In this document: one piece after another, positions 29,198 through 43,857 of the stretch | Position numbering within the stretch: the stretch's first letter is position 1 | How the letters are laid out: the number at the start of each line of letters is the position of its first letter | Source: the human T2T-CHM13v2.0 reference genome, Homo sapiens | DNA length: 64,000 nt | Assembly (NCBI RefSeq): GCF_009914755.1 | Contig: NC_060926.1 | Strand: one strand, 5' to 3' | Notes under the pieces: generated by a model | The model's input: only the letters and a program-made list of their open reading frames with translations | What the model was told of the DNA's origin: nothing | The model's database searches: none | Made by a program: the position numbers and the translations under genes

Positions 29198-31405
29198 ACT
29201 TATAAATTTTTTTGTCTTCTGTATTGACAAAATAAATATACATCACAAGTTGCTTTGATCTAGCTTTCTAAAACATAGCAAGTTATACATTCAAATTTAC
29301 TTAAGGGGACTTTAGAATAGCCCAAGGAAATTATATCTTGCTTTGAATTACATTCCTATTATTACAATTATTTGCAAAGTTATAACGCATAAATGAGTTT
29401 GACAATTTTATCATATCAGAGAATCTGGCCTCATGCCACAACAATAATTTATTAGTTGGAGGATAGATATACAACTATAGAGATAGATTAAATCAGGAAG
29501 AAAACAACAACAGTGAATGTAGTTGTAAGTGCGCTAATTCTATTCCAATAAACACAGGCCCTGGTAGAGTTCCTTGTAATAAAATACCAGGAGTAGGTGG
29601 CCAGTATATAGGAGTTATCTGGTAAATGAGATGAATTATTCTCAGTGAAGAAGAAAGTGGAGTGACCTCAGACTCCACTTTAATGGTGGCTCTTTTCTAG
29701 AGGTGAGGGTACTTGCCTGAGGTCACACTGCTATTGTTCAGAGGGAGTCAACAGTGGACAAGATGGAATCTGAATGTTTGCCTCCAGAGCCTGAAATGGA
29801 CTGTTTAATTTATTGGTTTTCTTTGTATGGACAGTTTTTATGATGGTTAATTTTCCTAAAGCAATAAAAAACCATAGGACTTCTATGCTTCCTCAACCTG
29901 ATGTTTCAAGAGCTGGTTATCCAGTTGGTGGATTATCCAAACTGCATGAATCCCCTTTCTTTCCCTGGCTGCCTGCCTTTACTGCTCAACTGCACATCCA
30001 CCTAAGAGCCTGCAAACGAAACAGGAAAAGGTGGCATTTAAGACAGCCAATGCTGATGATGTTTTTAGCAACTGCAATGAGAACATTTTTCCAAGTAGAC
30101 TTGTTCCTGAGAAGTTGTATAAGTTTGTTCTGTAATTTTAATATAATTTGATAAAAACAATGTGTTATAAGATTTATATTTACATATATTCAAACAGTCT
30201 CAGGTTTACATTCCTGCATTGCTACTTAACTACTTTTACTGCCTTGGCCAAGTTGCTTATTCTTACTGAAATAATTTCCCTCTTTATCAAATGAGATTAT
30301 GAAAACTTATTTTGCAATGTTATTTAAGCACATAAGTACTTGATCCTGGGTACCTAAATAAAGGGTAGTCATTACTGTTGCTATTATGATCTTAACTGTG
30401 TAAGGTCTTAAGGGTTAAGATCTTAAATGGGTAAGAGGGGAGTGTTCATTATTTAAATTAGTAAGTGACTACTATTGAAAGCAAAGATGCATTCTGTAAA
30501 GTAATCACACTCAAATCTTGATGTTGACAAAAATACTTCTCAAATTTCGTAATTTTATCTCATCTCTCTGGAACTCTACATTTTGACTTTATCTGCTAAA
30601 CAAATAGTACTTTTAAAGTAATATTTTTTATTTTAAATTTATTAAAGGCATATAAATGACAGAATGAGACAGTCTGTATAATGATATTAAATTGATGGAA
30701 TTATAGCTGGATGCAAATACTTGTTTTATTTAGCTTATACTGGGTGGACTAAATATATGGCCTTTTCTAGGTTTGCTAAAATATTGAACACATGTAACTG
30801 TTGTTCATTTCTAACTAAAAGGGCCCTAAAAAGTATAGAGACCCCAGGTTGAGAACTGTTATTTTTCAATTATAACTGCTAAGCAGTAGGGTATTTCTTT
30901 TTAATCTATTCTTTAATTATTTCTTTGGAAAGTCCCACATGATTCAGATGTCAGATGGGTTGTGCCTTTTGCCAGGGGTTGCTTAGTTAACTGTTTATTT
31001 AATGAATGGGGTTTTATGTGCTACTGAATTTCTCATGGCACACGTTAGAAAATTTTTGGCAGCATTTAAATTGGAGAACTGAGAAACATATTGGCTCTAC
31101 GGAAGCTCAATCAGCTCCCAGGCAGGTGCAGAGTTTTTGCCAACAAAAATTCAGTAAAATAAAAAATGCAAAGCCCAAATTCTCACACAACCCAAAGAAA
31201 ACTGACTTTGGTGTCCAAGATTAAATGAATGCTAGATCCAGGCAGCTCAGGTAGCTCAAGAATGGAAGGGGAAAATGCGTCATAACTTTAGGAGAGAAGC
31301 AGGAATGGGACCTTCTTGTTTTGGTGGATGACAGTATGCATACATTTTTGGATTGCTGAGAAAATTCAACTAACTCCTAAAAAAAAAAGAAAAGAAAGAA
31401 AATAG

Positions 31406-31524
31406 TCTCATGTAATTTCGCACGTCTTTTCCTTATGAAGATGTGTTAATAAATTACCAAAAGATATAATCGGTTTATTCACTTCAATAAAAAAAAAATC
31501 ATTGAATATTTTTAAATGACCATA
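31406..31524 (+). repeat. ~120-bp local direct duplication, copy 2
   Basis: tctcatgtaatttcgcacg...aaatgaccata, shared with 29077-29197. Confidence 0.93.
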
Positions 31525-32351
31525 GCAGTCACTGAGCATCCTAGACCAAGTATCCAGATGGCTATGTTTTTTAAATGATTTGGCCAGATATATAGACATT
31601 GTATAAGCATTGGTTACCAGATTTATTTACTCTGACTGGGAACCAAAAAATATCCTGACATGTCTTCTGAGTTCTGAAAAGTCCTAAATGCACATATATA
31701 TAAAATTTTACTCAGTAGTACAATAGGATGAGAAAAAACAATGGAAAATATTTTTTTTTAATTAAACACTAGTTTGAGAAAATAAAGATGAGAATGTATC
31801 TTTCAGCAATTAAAGTGAATAGTACCAGCCTACTTATCATTACTACATGACTCTCCAAACTGTGTGGAATAAAAGCCATTTGCAGTCATCTCCTCCCAAG
31901 TATAACTGTCATCAACTCCTCCCGTCAATACTCTGCCCTTGGCCAGACCATGTCCCAGCCCTTCTCCCTGTCTGGAAGGGCAATGTCCCGAGTCAGGCTT
32001 GTTCTTGATTTCTCCTCTCCTAGATGTAGTTTCTGGCAATACTGGCTTATTGAAGACTCCTGCATTCTTGGGACACCAGTGGATATTCTTTAGTATCATT
32101 TTCCTGCTGTATTCAGAAATGGGGAGGGCTGTGCTCATTAGCACAGCGATGCTGACCCGACACTAGGTTGGCCACCTCTTGGTGGCTACATAAACACACG
32201 TTCCTCACTTCAGGCCTAGCCAACTTGGCTGTCTTCTATTTCGGTTGTATGTTGAACAAGTCCCCAGTAGACAGTTCATTAGAGTTGGCCAGCTACATCC
32301 ACTTTGCCCCTAATTGCCTTTGATTAGCTTCTACGTTGCCTGGTATAATTA

Positions 32352-32655
<304 letters not shown>

Positions 32656-33504
32656 ATCATGTTAATATGAATCATTACAGCACCCAACAGCAACTGTCAA
32701 GCACCTTCTCTGTGTCCCATGCTTGTTGAACAACAAACTTCTAAGTCTCATGACAGTCTTATGAAGTAGACATTTTTATCTCCATACTAAAGCTCAGAGA
32801 ATTTAAGTATTTTGTCCAAATTACACAGTAACTAGGTGACTGAGCAGGGATCCAACTCAGCTTTTATCTAGCTTGATTCCAAAATCACAGATGCGATTCT
32901 AGTGCATGCTCCCCACCCCATGGGATAGTAGCTGAGTTCCTATTTACTTATTCAGCCCTGGTTCTGGGCACACTTTCTCAATCTCATCATCATGCCTTTC
33001 GTGTATAGAAGTAAAGGGACTCCTTATCCCTTTTCTCTTTTTCGACCAAGTGCCTCATTAACTAGCTGTGGTTCTCTTAACACTGCTGGTAAAAAATAAT
33101 ATTAATAATAATAATCCCCCTTAGGTTTCATCCTACTCTCTTTCTCTCTTGATGTCAGGATAATTGTTTTTCTCCTTTCTGTCCTATGCACTCTGATTTA
33201 GTGTCACACTTGTTTTGTGCTCACTTCACTCTTAGGACCAAATTACCAGACTACATTTTAAGAAGGTACAAACGTTGTTTTGAATGTTAAGAATTCTTTA
33301 AGATTTTCTAAGTTGCCTTGTAACTGGAGAATAAAGAATGAGGTTTAACACTAGGATGAATAACATTCAACACATCAGTTTTCAGGGGTCTAGAGTTAGA
33401 TTTGATGATTACAGCCTCCTGTAGTCAATAAGAGAAGAGAGATGTACTAACCACACGTAGACTGGGACCATTTTTTTCACTGTAACTGATGAAGCCCAAA
33501 ACAG

Positions 33505-33738
33505 CAGGGCCAGAACTTGGGTGAGGGGTCAGGTAAGTGAGATACTCACTTTGGAACAAAATATAAAGGAGGATGTTAAATCGCATATCACGACAAATAT
33601 TTCAATGAAATATTTTTAAAACTTAATAAGAAAAAGTCCACAATGAACAAGGTATTCAAATTTTAAATAAAGATATAGAATCAGTATTACTGATTTTTCC
33701 TTTTGCCTCAAGCTCCACAATGCTTTGGTAGAGCCCTG
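33505..33738. mobile_element. Non-autonomous hAT-type DNA transposon (MER-class MITE)
   Basis: Terminal inverted repeats cagggc...gccctg and an imperfect 8-bp TSD caaaacag / caatacaa. An 8-bp TSD is typical of hAT elements. Confidence 0.65.
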
Positions 33739-34318
33739 CAATACAATATTATTCTAAGATTAATGAACTCCATTTAATACGTTGGAAACATATTTATTAA
33801 AACAAGTGCAAGTAACTAGAATAGTGTGGGGGTAAATTTCATCATTAGATATCATTAAAATTAGAACTAGAATGCACTATTAATTTTTAAGGTGTAATTA
33901 GTCATTAAAATCACTTTTATTCAAAAATAATGACGAACACAGAGTGTTTAGTCAGACATTCTTTTAACCACTTTACTCATATAATCCTCATGACAACCTG
34001 CTGATATAGTAGAAAAGGCCCACTGCTACAGAATTCCCAATGTAATATTCATTAAAATACAATGTCTGTGGAGCTGTGCAGCACAGTGCCTCTCATAAAA
34101 TTAGGGTCCCCATTTTTCAGAAGAAACTGAGCTCACATAGTAAGTACCAGAATGAAATTTAGACCCAGACAGTCCAGATACAGAGTGCTTGTTCCTAACC
34201 ATATTATAGAAACAAACCAAGCCTCTCAAAGATCAAGTAATGTAGCCTATTTCTACCTCAACCTCTGTGTCACTAGACCTCAAATTGCAATTAACTTTTA
34301 ATAATAATGATCCTAAGA

Positions 34319-35558
34319 AACTCTCCAGGACACTGGACTAGACAAAGATTTCTTGAATAATGCCCCATAAACGTAGGCAACCAAAGCAAAAATGGACAAA
34401 TGGGATCACATTAAGTTACAAAGCTTCTGCACAGCAAAGGAAACAATAAACAAAGTGAAGAGACAACCCACAGAATGGGAGACAATACCTGCAAACTATC
34501 CATCTGACAAGGGATTAATACCAGAACATGCAGAAGTCCAAACAACTAAATAGGAAAAAGTCTAATAATCTGATTTTAAAATGGGCAAAAGATCTGAAAA
34601 GACATTTCTCAAAAAAGGCATACAAATGTCAAAGAGGTATATGACAAGCTGCTCAACATCACTGATCATCAGAGCAATGCAAATCAAAACTGCAATGAGA
34701 TATCAACTCATTCCAGTTAAAATGCCTTTTATCCAAACACAAGCAATAACAAGTGATGGTGAGAATGTGGTGAAAAGGGAAACCCTTGTACACTGTTTGT
34801 GGGAATGTAAATTAGTACAACCACTACAGAGAACAGTTTGGAGTTTCCTCAAAAAAACTAAAAATAGAACTACCATATGATCCAGCAACCCACTAGTATA
34901 TATATACCTCAAAGAAAGGAAATCAATATATCAAGAATATATCTGCATTCCCATGTTTATTGAAACACTAGTCACAATAGCCAAGATTTGGAAGCAACCT
35001 AAGTGTCCACCAACAGACAAATCAATAAGGAAAATGTAGTATATATACACAATGAATAATTATTTATCCATAAAAAAGAATGGGATTCTGTCATTTGTAA
35101 CAACATGGCTGAAACTGGAGGTCATATTGTTAAGTGAAATAAGCCAGGCATAGAAAGGCAAACGTTGCATGTTTTCACCTATTTCTGGGAGCTAAAAGTT
35201 AAAACAATTGAATTCATAGAGACTAAAAGGATGGATACCGGGGCCTGGGAAGGGTAGTGGGGGTTGGGAGAAGTGGGGATGGTTAATGGGAACAAAAATA
35301 TAATTAGACAGAATGAATAAGTTCTAGTATTTGATATCACAACAGTGTGACTGTAGTCAACAATAATATATTGTACATTTTAAAATAACTAAAAGAGTGT
35401 AATTGGATTATCTGTAACACAGGAAAGGATAAATGCTTGAGGTGATGTATACCCCAGTTACCTTCATGTGATCATTAGGCATTGCATACCTGTATCAAAA
35501 TATCTTATGTACTCCATAAACACTTAGTATGTACTCAGAAAAATTAAAAATAAAAGAA
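34319..35558 (+). mobile_element. 5'-truncated L1 (L1MA/L1PB-like; ORF2 3' end plus 3' UTR)
   Basis: Degenerate ORF2 C-terminal motifs (aaagcttctgcacagcaaagg, CSTSLIIRAMQIKT) and A-rich tail. 16-bp TSD aataatga(t/c)cc(t/c)aaga at 34303-34318 and 35559-35574. Confidence 0.9.
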
Positions 35559-38500
35559 AATAATGACCCCAAGAGTAGATTCTGCCATAAATTTTACAGA
35601 AACCAGTCAAAATTTGTTATATATATTATATGTAATATAAACACATATGTATGTGTGTATAATACATATATAATACATATGATGACTCGCCATTGAAATA
35701 ACCTTGAGAGTCACTCATACTAACTTAAGAACTGCAATCCATCTCTGATATTCACCCGTCTACAGGCCAAATACAGAAACTAGACTAAATACCTAAGGTA
35801 TTTTTATAAAATTGTGATGGATACTAATTCTGCAGCTCACAGGCATTGAAAGGCCAATTGAATTCAGACCCCTGGCCCTGTCATTAACTTCTGCAGGTGT
35901 ATAACTGGTATTCTTGTATCAGACAGCCAATGTCATCAAAATGGAATACAACAAATTGTTATATAAAACATTTTAGCTCTCCACATTAAGTAGCATTATA
36001 ATTATATGATGAAACCAGAGCACTGTGAAGGATTATAAAAAAGATTAAAGAATTCAGAATAAACACTTGAGACCTTGTCTAATACGGATGCTCTCAAGTA
36101 ACTACTGTTGCCAATTAACGCTGCTCATATACATGTGGATTTCTGATTATCTGGTTTACTACTAAATTAAAGAGCAAAAAATAAAAAATAAAATCTCTAA
36201 TGCCTCTACTGTAGAATATTTCTATTGATATTTTGGAGGGATCTATAAGAAGCCAATATCAAAGCAGGAATGTCTTTTAGAAACAAGATAGATCAAGCTT
36301 GTCTCTTGAGAACATGTTATTCTAGAGAGGAAGAAGGAGTAAGACATGGGCTGGCAGCAGAGTACTGGGGGCGGGGGGAAGAATCAAAGACAGAGAAATC
36401 CAGTGGAAGTAAAGTATACGAGGCCTTTATGCTACACAAAATGGTGGGCATTTCCATAGCACTGGTACACAGGTTGGTGCTGTTAATCATACCTTATTAA
36501 TTGCTATTAGTAATCTCATTTAGAATTAATTTCTTATAAGTATCGTAAATCCAATAATCTGCTCCTTCCTCCTTATGCTAACATATCACAAGAGAAAAAT
36601 TTTACCCTTTGTGAATTTAGAGGTGTTTTCATGACTAGATGACTTATTCAAGTTAGCACTTTGTGTGAATCTTTGCTTTGCTGTGTGGTTGAGTGGCAGA
36701 AAGCAACTGTAAGCCCAGGAGCTATGTTGACATGTGTCTCACTGGTCAAATAAGGAATTAGATATGAATGTGTATAAATTATATTAAACCCATCCAGACT
36801 GGAGGAAAACAACCTATTTGATAACAAATTTATAACATGGCAGTCATGTTATATATATATAACATAGCAATGCTCATATAATCCTGAGTCTTGTTAAAAT
36901 AAAGACTCAAAGTGCTGCTACAGACTGTAGGATATGATTTATTTTGATATCAAAGTGTTTTCCGCAGCTTGGTTACCTTTGTGATTTGGATCAGGGAAAG
37001 GTGTGTACCCTATCACCTTACCCTATGCTAGATAGATGTAAATTTTCCACAGAAAGAAGTGGTTTGGGTAGTCACTCAGTTACTAGATTCAGCTGTTTTT
37101 GACCAAGCCACAAGAAATAACTCAGTAAACAAAAACTCTTTGAGAAGCAGGTCTAAGTTTAAATCCCAAATCAGAATGCCTACACTGGAGGAAAAAATCA
37201 GTTTTTACTGGCCATGGCTTTAGCTATAGGCCCAAGGATCTGTTTCTTGGAGAGTCTAGTTGATACCAGGAAGGAGATAGTAGTTAAAATTAATGCAATA
37301 TAAAATGTTTCCCACAGTGATGCTTAAGTGAACACAAGAACAACCCTAATAGCTGATTGCTTCAGAAAAGTAAAATATAAATGGTCATTCAGAACAACAG
37401 GTTTGCACAGGAGAAGAAACTCAGTAAGTCACGAGTTTGAAGAATTGTATTAAGTTTCCTGGGTCTTAAGAAGAAGTGGCTTCTACATTCTTAGACACAA
37501 TGAGGATGAAAAGTTTGAGGTTAAACCTGTGTATTTTCATTCTCTGTCACCTTAATTACTCAAGGTCTCAGTGTATTTTTGTCTAGTGTACTATCTCTGT
37601 CCTTGTTGTTTCTTGATTCTCCTACCCACTGAATCTATGGCTGAGCACATTTGATAAGTGTGTAGTTCTGTTCAGTTTCGGATCTGCTAAGATATTTTTA
37701 AAGTACATAGTGAGATCATAAAATGAGATTTTTTTTTTTGGTTTGAAAAATTTTGGGGGACAAATAATATTTAAAAACTGTCAATGTTTCCACATTTCAA
37801 CATTAGATGGGAGGTGCCTAGGAACCATAGAGTATATTGCAGAAAAGCAAATAACTAAAATGCCTCAAGGGAAGTTCCTGCAACACAGAGAAAAGAAAAC
37901 CATTCAGATGCTTGGGGGAAAAGCTTAGAAAAAGGGAAAAACAAAAAGAGGCAGCTGGGGTGGCCTTCCTCCCCAACAGAGCTGAACCTAAGAACATCCA
38001 GATAAAACCAGAGTCAGAAAATACTGGTGTTGGTTCCACATTCATGGGGAACTCTGAAAGCCTCTCAGAGTAATCTCGATTTTTGGCAGGGTACTCTATC
38101 AGTCAAGGCCTAGGAGTAGATGTGGTAATTGCAGAAGGGAGTTATATTAGAGAAGCCCCAAAGACTCTGGCGGGTTGCAGAGAAGTCCTTTGTATTTTCA
38201 GGTGGACCCAGAGAAAACAGGAGGACTAAGGGGTCAGCAGAGGTCTGGAGCTCACGCAAGGAGTCTTCCAGAATCTTGAGCCTGAAGGCAACCACAAAAC
38301 CCCATGTCCTGAAGGGCATGCACATACTGTGCCCAAACAACCAGCCAGGTCATTTTCTAATGCTTAAAACATGAGGTCAATACCAGACAGGTGATAAATA
38401 TGATGCTATACCAAATTCTGCTGCCAGAAATCCTCTCCAATGCGCTCTGGATAAAAAGATATATTAATAATTATACTGTTTTGTTTTTTAATGTCTGATC

Positions 38501-39196
38501 TAGCTCCTTCTGTTTTTGCAAGCATACTTCTTAGTGGTTTCTTTCATAAGAATAGACTTATTTAGCCCATCTAATATATGAATGATTTCAAAGTTAATGT
38601 TAACAATAATAGCCATCACTGATTATTTCCAATATGTACCAGTCAGTATGCATTGCAGCCATTATCATTAATTGTTATATCAATTCTCTGATGTAGGCTT
38701 TTTCTATCCCCATTTTCAGATATCAAAAGTTAGGTAACTTTCCTGAAGCTGCACAGCTAGTAATAACTCATTCCACTGTATCACACCAAATTACAACAAA
38801 TGATTTCTAACAAGTGATAAACCCTGACAACCTCTGAGAACGAAAAGGCCAGAGAATTAGAAGTTAATAAAACTTACTTTATTTTTCCCTATTCAACATT
38901 TGTATTCAAGATTATTTATTTTCTTAGTGGTCAAAACCTACTAGGTACTAGAATGAGGGTCAAGGTATTGAGACATTTTGTTTCTAGTTTCAGCTCTTTC
39001 ATTAATTGTGTGAATTTGAGCAAGTATCTTTATTGCTTTTTCATCTGTTCAGTCAGGATAACAACTGCCTCATTTTACTCTCAGTATTATATGTATTTCT
39101 AGCCTTGTCTTAATTGAAATACAATTGGATAATATGCAATGTACTTTTACGGTGAGTTAAAAATGCATTATTATATTCACATATAAAATTATATCA

Positions 39197-39484
39197 GTCC
39201 AGGCATGGTGGCTCATACCTGTAATCCTAGTACTTTGGGAGGTTGGGGCAGGAGGATTGCTTGAGCTCAGGAGTTCGAGACCAGCCTAGGCAACATAGCA
39301 AAACCTCATCTCTATTAAAAAAATAGTTGGACATGGTGATGTGCATCTGCAGTCCCAGCTACTCAGGAGGCTGAGGCAGAAGGATCGCTTGAGCTTGTGG
39401 GGTTAAGGCTGCAATGAACCGTAACTGCACCACTGCACTCCAGCCTGGGTGACAGAGAGACACTCTGTCTTTAAAAAAAAAAAA
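39197..39484 (+). mobile_element. AluJ-like
   Basis: ggaggattgcttgagctcagg and gaaggatcgcttgag motifs, poly(A) tail. Confidence 0.9.
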
Positions 39485-39814
39485 CGGAATCTAAAGTCAA
39501 ACACATGGATCTCTGCCTAGGTCTCAGATGAAGGACCTGGATGGGAAAACATCTCATTTCTAAGTCTATGTGGGAGTGGTAACTTTTAAATTAATTTATA
39601 AGAAATATAAATGTATTAGAAGGTATAAGGTTAACTATTAGATAGTTAATTATTAGAACATTTCAGATGCTAACAATCAAATATGATATTTTTATCCATA
39701 TTACAACCAAGTTAAGGTAAGAAATGAAACAGCATCTCATTGGGGTGGAATCCCAAAGAGATGTAAACCTGAGTAGTTTCAAAATATGTGATGGAGAATT
39801 TGAAAATCTGCGCT

Positions 39815-40105
39815 TATAGATTCTGCCAACAGCGGATGGAAGATATTTGAAAATAATAATAATAATAATAATAATAAATACAATAATAAAATGATACAAA
39901 TAAACAATGCACTGTAACAACTATTTACATGGTATTTACATTGTATTAGGTATTATAAGTAATCTAGAGATGATTTAAAGTATACAAGAGAATGTGCCTA
40001 GGTTATATGAAAATACTACACCTATTTAACATAAGGGACCTGAGTAACTACAAATTTTGCCATGTGGATGAGGAGGGGTCATGGAACCAATCCCCCTCAG
40101 ATGGT
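39815..40105 (-). mobile_element. Tigger/MER2-family relic (opposite orientation to 11813-12148)
   Basis: tagagatgatttaaagtatac...taggttatatg...ggaaccaatcccc is the reverse of the MER2-type motifs. Confidence 0.7.
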
Positions 40106-43100
40106 TATATCATATAACAAACATATGTCTTGTTATTTGTGTTGTTGCATATTTAAGAAGTCTCCAACAGTTTTTCCCAGGACTGGGTTTTAAAAGGCCT
40201 TAATCTACTGATAAAAGCTTTGTGCTTACCCTAAAAAGTAGTCCTCCTTTACTTCTTTTCTAGCATGTCAAGAAAGAAACACCCAGGAAGACATTAGACA
40301 CCCTATGCATATAAAAATGGCAATAAAAGAAAGCCCCAAATGCCATCTAACCAATAGAAGTAGAATAAATTGGTGGGCATTTTACATTCACTTAAATATC
40401 CAAATGATTTAAGAGGATGTCGCTAAAAATTGGCTGATATATTGGCTTTTGTAAAAAAAAAAAATCTGAATTGAAATTTGGATATGAACCAAAAGCTTCC
40501 GTCTTCAAGGACTTTTCAATTTCCTCCAGTTTGCACGTTTGGAAACTGAACGGTTCAGCATATCTCTAATAAAAAAATCATCTCCCAAGGCTCCTTTCCT
40601 ATGCAGGCAAAATCAAATTAACTTCAAACAGAAGAGGTGAGATGCATACATAGAGGAAGTATCAAACTCTAACATCACTTTGCTCCAGCTCTCTAAGGTC
40701 TCCTAACGTCTACCTAGGAGAGAAATCCAAATGTTAACTTCACCCAAGATCACTCTGAAAAATCTAAAGAGAAGTGTGGCTTCCAAAAGAGAATCATACT
40801 AAATTAATTATTCCCCTATGCTGTCAGGATTTGCATTGACAACACCATACGGTAGTATTCTGGACTTTTACTTAAGAAGTGATGACAGCCAACAAGATTC
40901 CAGGCTCCATTCAAAGGCTACAAATTGTGCGGCACCCTTGCCTTGCTAGCTGGGCAGCCATTTGAATCAGGGGATTCTTGTGCTTTGGCTGCAGAAGTTG
41001 AAATGATGCTCTGTATCGTTTGAGACATGAACTGCTGCGTGCACACCACACAACGTCCCCCAGCAATGATGCATTGCACTAATATGCTCTCAGAGCATAC
41101 TCACTGGGATGTATTAGAGCAATGTATCACCAAAACACTTAACTTACAGGATGTATTGCCACGTGAGGTGGAAATGGTTGCCAATGAGGTGTTTTAAAGA
41201 TAATTTCTAAAGTTGTGTATTAAATGATGTTTATGTCACCTTTCTGGTGATTTGGAAGATAACATTTTGAGATTCTGTTATGCTTGATCTTTGGTATTCA
41301 GTGCCTTTTCCCCCTCACAAAAGCACTCTTATTGCAGATCATTTTTAATCGGAAAACTCAGTAATTGAGCTTCACCTAAGTGTGACACAAAATGAATGAA
41401 GTTTGTGTGCATTGCTGTGCAATCAGCCCTGAAATTCAGTTGTGGGCATAAGCCCTGGTGCTGGGCTGCATCTTCCCCAGGGTGGGCGACATATGGGCTA
41501 GCAGTAGGCCCTGGGCAGAAAACATGAGAGCCAGGTAGGGATGCTCCCTAGAGGCAGAAAGCTCTCTCTGCAGGCACCTACTTCCTCTGTTCCAATCCCG
41601 CATACCGTTTAATGACAGGCTCTGTATTGCTATAGTTATGTGTGCCAAAGAATTCTGATCTCTCTTTTTATTGCCTAATTTTATTAGATAAAAGGATGGA
41701 GTAACATTAGAAAACTAGCAATTTACAAATTCTAAAAATAGATATTAGAGTTTCTCTTATTATATATATTTTTCAGATTGGCTAAAATATGTTGCTGGAT
41801 ACCCATTTCATAAGGACAGAGTCCACATCTGTTTTGCTTACCATTTTTCCCCAGTACACCATGTCTGACTTGTAGAAAGTGTTCAATAAATGTTTATTCA
41901 ATGCATTAATAGTCATGCTTCCCTTTTACAGTAGAGCTATTTCATCACAACTTTTTCTTTGGAGGCAAAGCATGACTTCTTTCAAGCAGAATTGCCCTCT
42001 CTCGTAACCAGAAATCAAATTGCATCTAATAATGTTACATCATGGCAGTTACTTTTGAAAGAGTTGTTCTAACCTCTAGACCTTGCTTAAAGCCAACCTA
42101 GGATCTTTATAAATATTTATTTATAAAAACATGTGAAAAAGACAGCAGGGAGGGGGAGAAAGAAAGAAACAATGTGATTATTACTAGTATTTACCAGTGC
42201 ATTTAAACTTCACTAGATTCATTTGAAAATATGTTTCCATACACATATTTTCAGAAAAGTCTTTATTTTGTAAAGAGATATCCACACATATGCACATAGT
42301 TAAAGCTGCAGCAGTGACTACAAATAGATCAGAAAAAATCATATATGGCTTATACAATTAGTGTTCTCATGTCATAATCATATTTTGTATACTGCAGTTT
42401 TTTAGTTATGGTAGTGACAAATTTCCTGGTATATTTCCTCCTCAGTAATAGATTTTTTTTGGCATTTTTGACAGTGTCATATATTCTAGTGTCCAATATA
42501 AAACAAAACAAAACCCTATAATTCCTTTTTATAGTTGCATTTCAAACTAATACCAGTGCATTCCTGATTCTCTTCCTATTAAATCATGTTTTTACTCTTT
42601 TTTCCCCCTCATTTCATTGTACATCATAGGTCTCCAAAATAGCTTTGATTTTAAGCTACCTAAAGAAAAACATTTTTTTACTTGTAAATTCAATAGCCTC
42701 TCTTTCATTAATTACCAGACACACACAAACACATACATACCCCTCTTGAAAATGCTTCCAGTTCTCTTTTATACATTCTATATAAAATAGATGTAAGACT
42801 TGCATTGCCAAGGCTGAATTTGTTCGTATCCAGCTGGGTCAGGGTATAATATGATGGCAGCTCCTTTTTTAAAGCATTGTCAATTTATATTTCTCCTAAA
42901 AGATGGCTTTCCTGACCTCCCTTTTAACTTTCTCATTCTCATCCCTCTGGCTTTTTCCCTCTTTACCTATTCTCTTCCCCCAACCTCCTCTGTGGTTAAG
43001 TAGCTCTTCTTTGGGGCTTTAATTAGTAAATACTGCACCTCTATGATGTAATTTATTATATTCTTGCTAATCTTTTCTGACATTTTAATGATAAGCTCCT

Positions 43101-43819
43101 GGTCATCAGCAGCCATATTCTCATCCAAAACTTGTATCTATATTCCCACTATGGCAAGTGATAGACTGCTACTATTTGGTTGTGAATTTTCTGAACCATT
43201 ATTACGTTTTCAAATCTCAGCATTTTTTCACCTAAAGATGATTCTTGGTGAGACGCTTCACATGCAGAAATCAATGAATAAGTAATGTAAGCTGAGAGAC
43301 AACTCTGAAACTATTATGGGGACGTAAAAGATTAAATTAGAACATTCATTTTTTGTCCTGTTACTGGCACAAATAAAATATTTGAAATCCAAAAGAAAAT
43401 GTTGTTAATCTGTAAATATAAAATAAGTCTCATCAACTGTAACAGATAAATGTTAGCTGCATATACACTAGTTGTCTAAAAAAAAAAAACAAAGATTACT
43501 GGCAAAAGTATCTAATTCTATGTCTCATTAGACCTTTATGATTGATTTCCCGCAGTATCACTGCACGGCAGCATTCCATATTTTAGTTCCTAAGATCACA
43601 TTATATATGGAATTCCAGTTTTTCTTTGTTTCACTTATGTGTTTAGCTGAAGAACATTACTAAGTACTTTTTCAACCTGCGGCCAAGGTTAACACCGTGT
43701 AAAAATGCCAATAAAGGAGAATATACTCCATTATATCTATTGTTATGATCAACAACTTGGGACATATATAAAGAAAATTCTGCCATAATACATTTAGTCA
43801 CGGTAATAGTACCTGACTG

Positions 43820-43821
<2 letters not shown>

Positions 43822-43853
<32 letters not shown>
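43822..43853. repeat. (AC)16 microsatellite
   Basis: Perfect dinucleotide run. Confidence 0.95.

Positions 43854-43857
<4 letters not shown>

Noticed and set aside
34581-34912. ORFs resembling L1 ORF2 C-terminus
   Set aside because: Decayed, 5'-truncated L1 with stops and frameshifts; not an active element.
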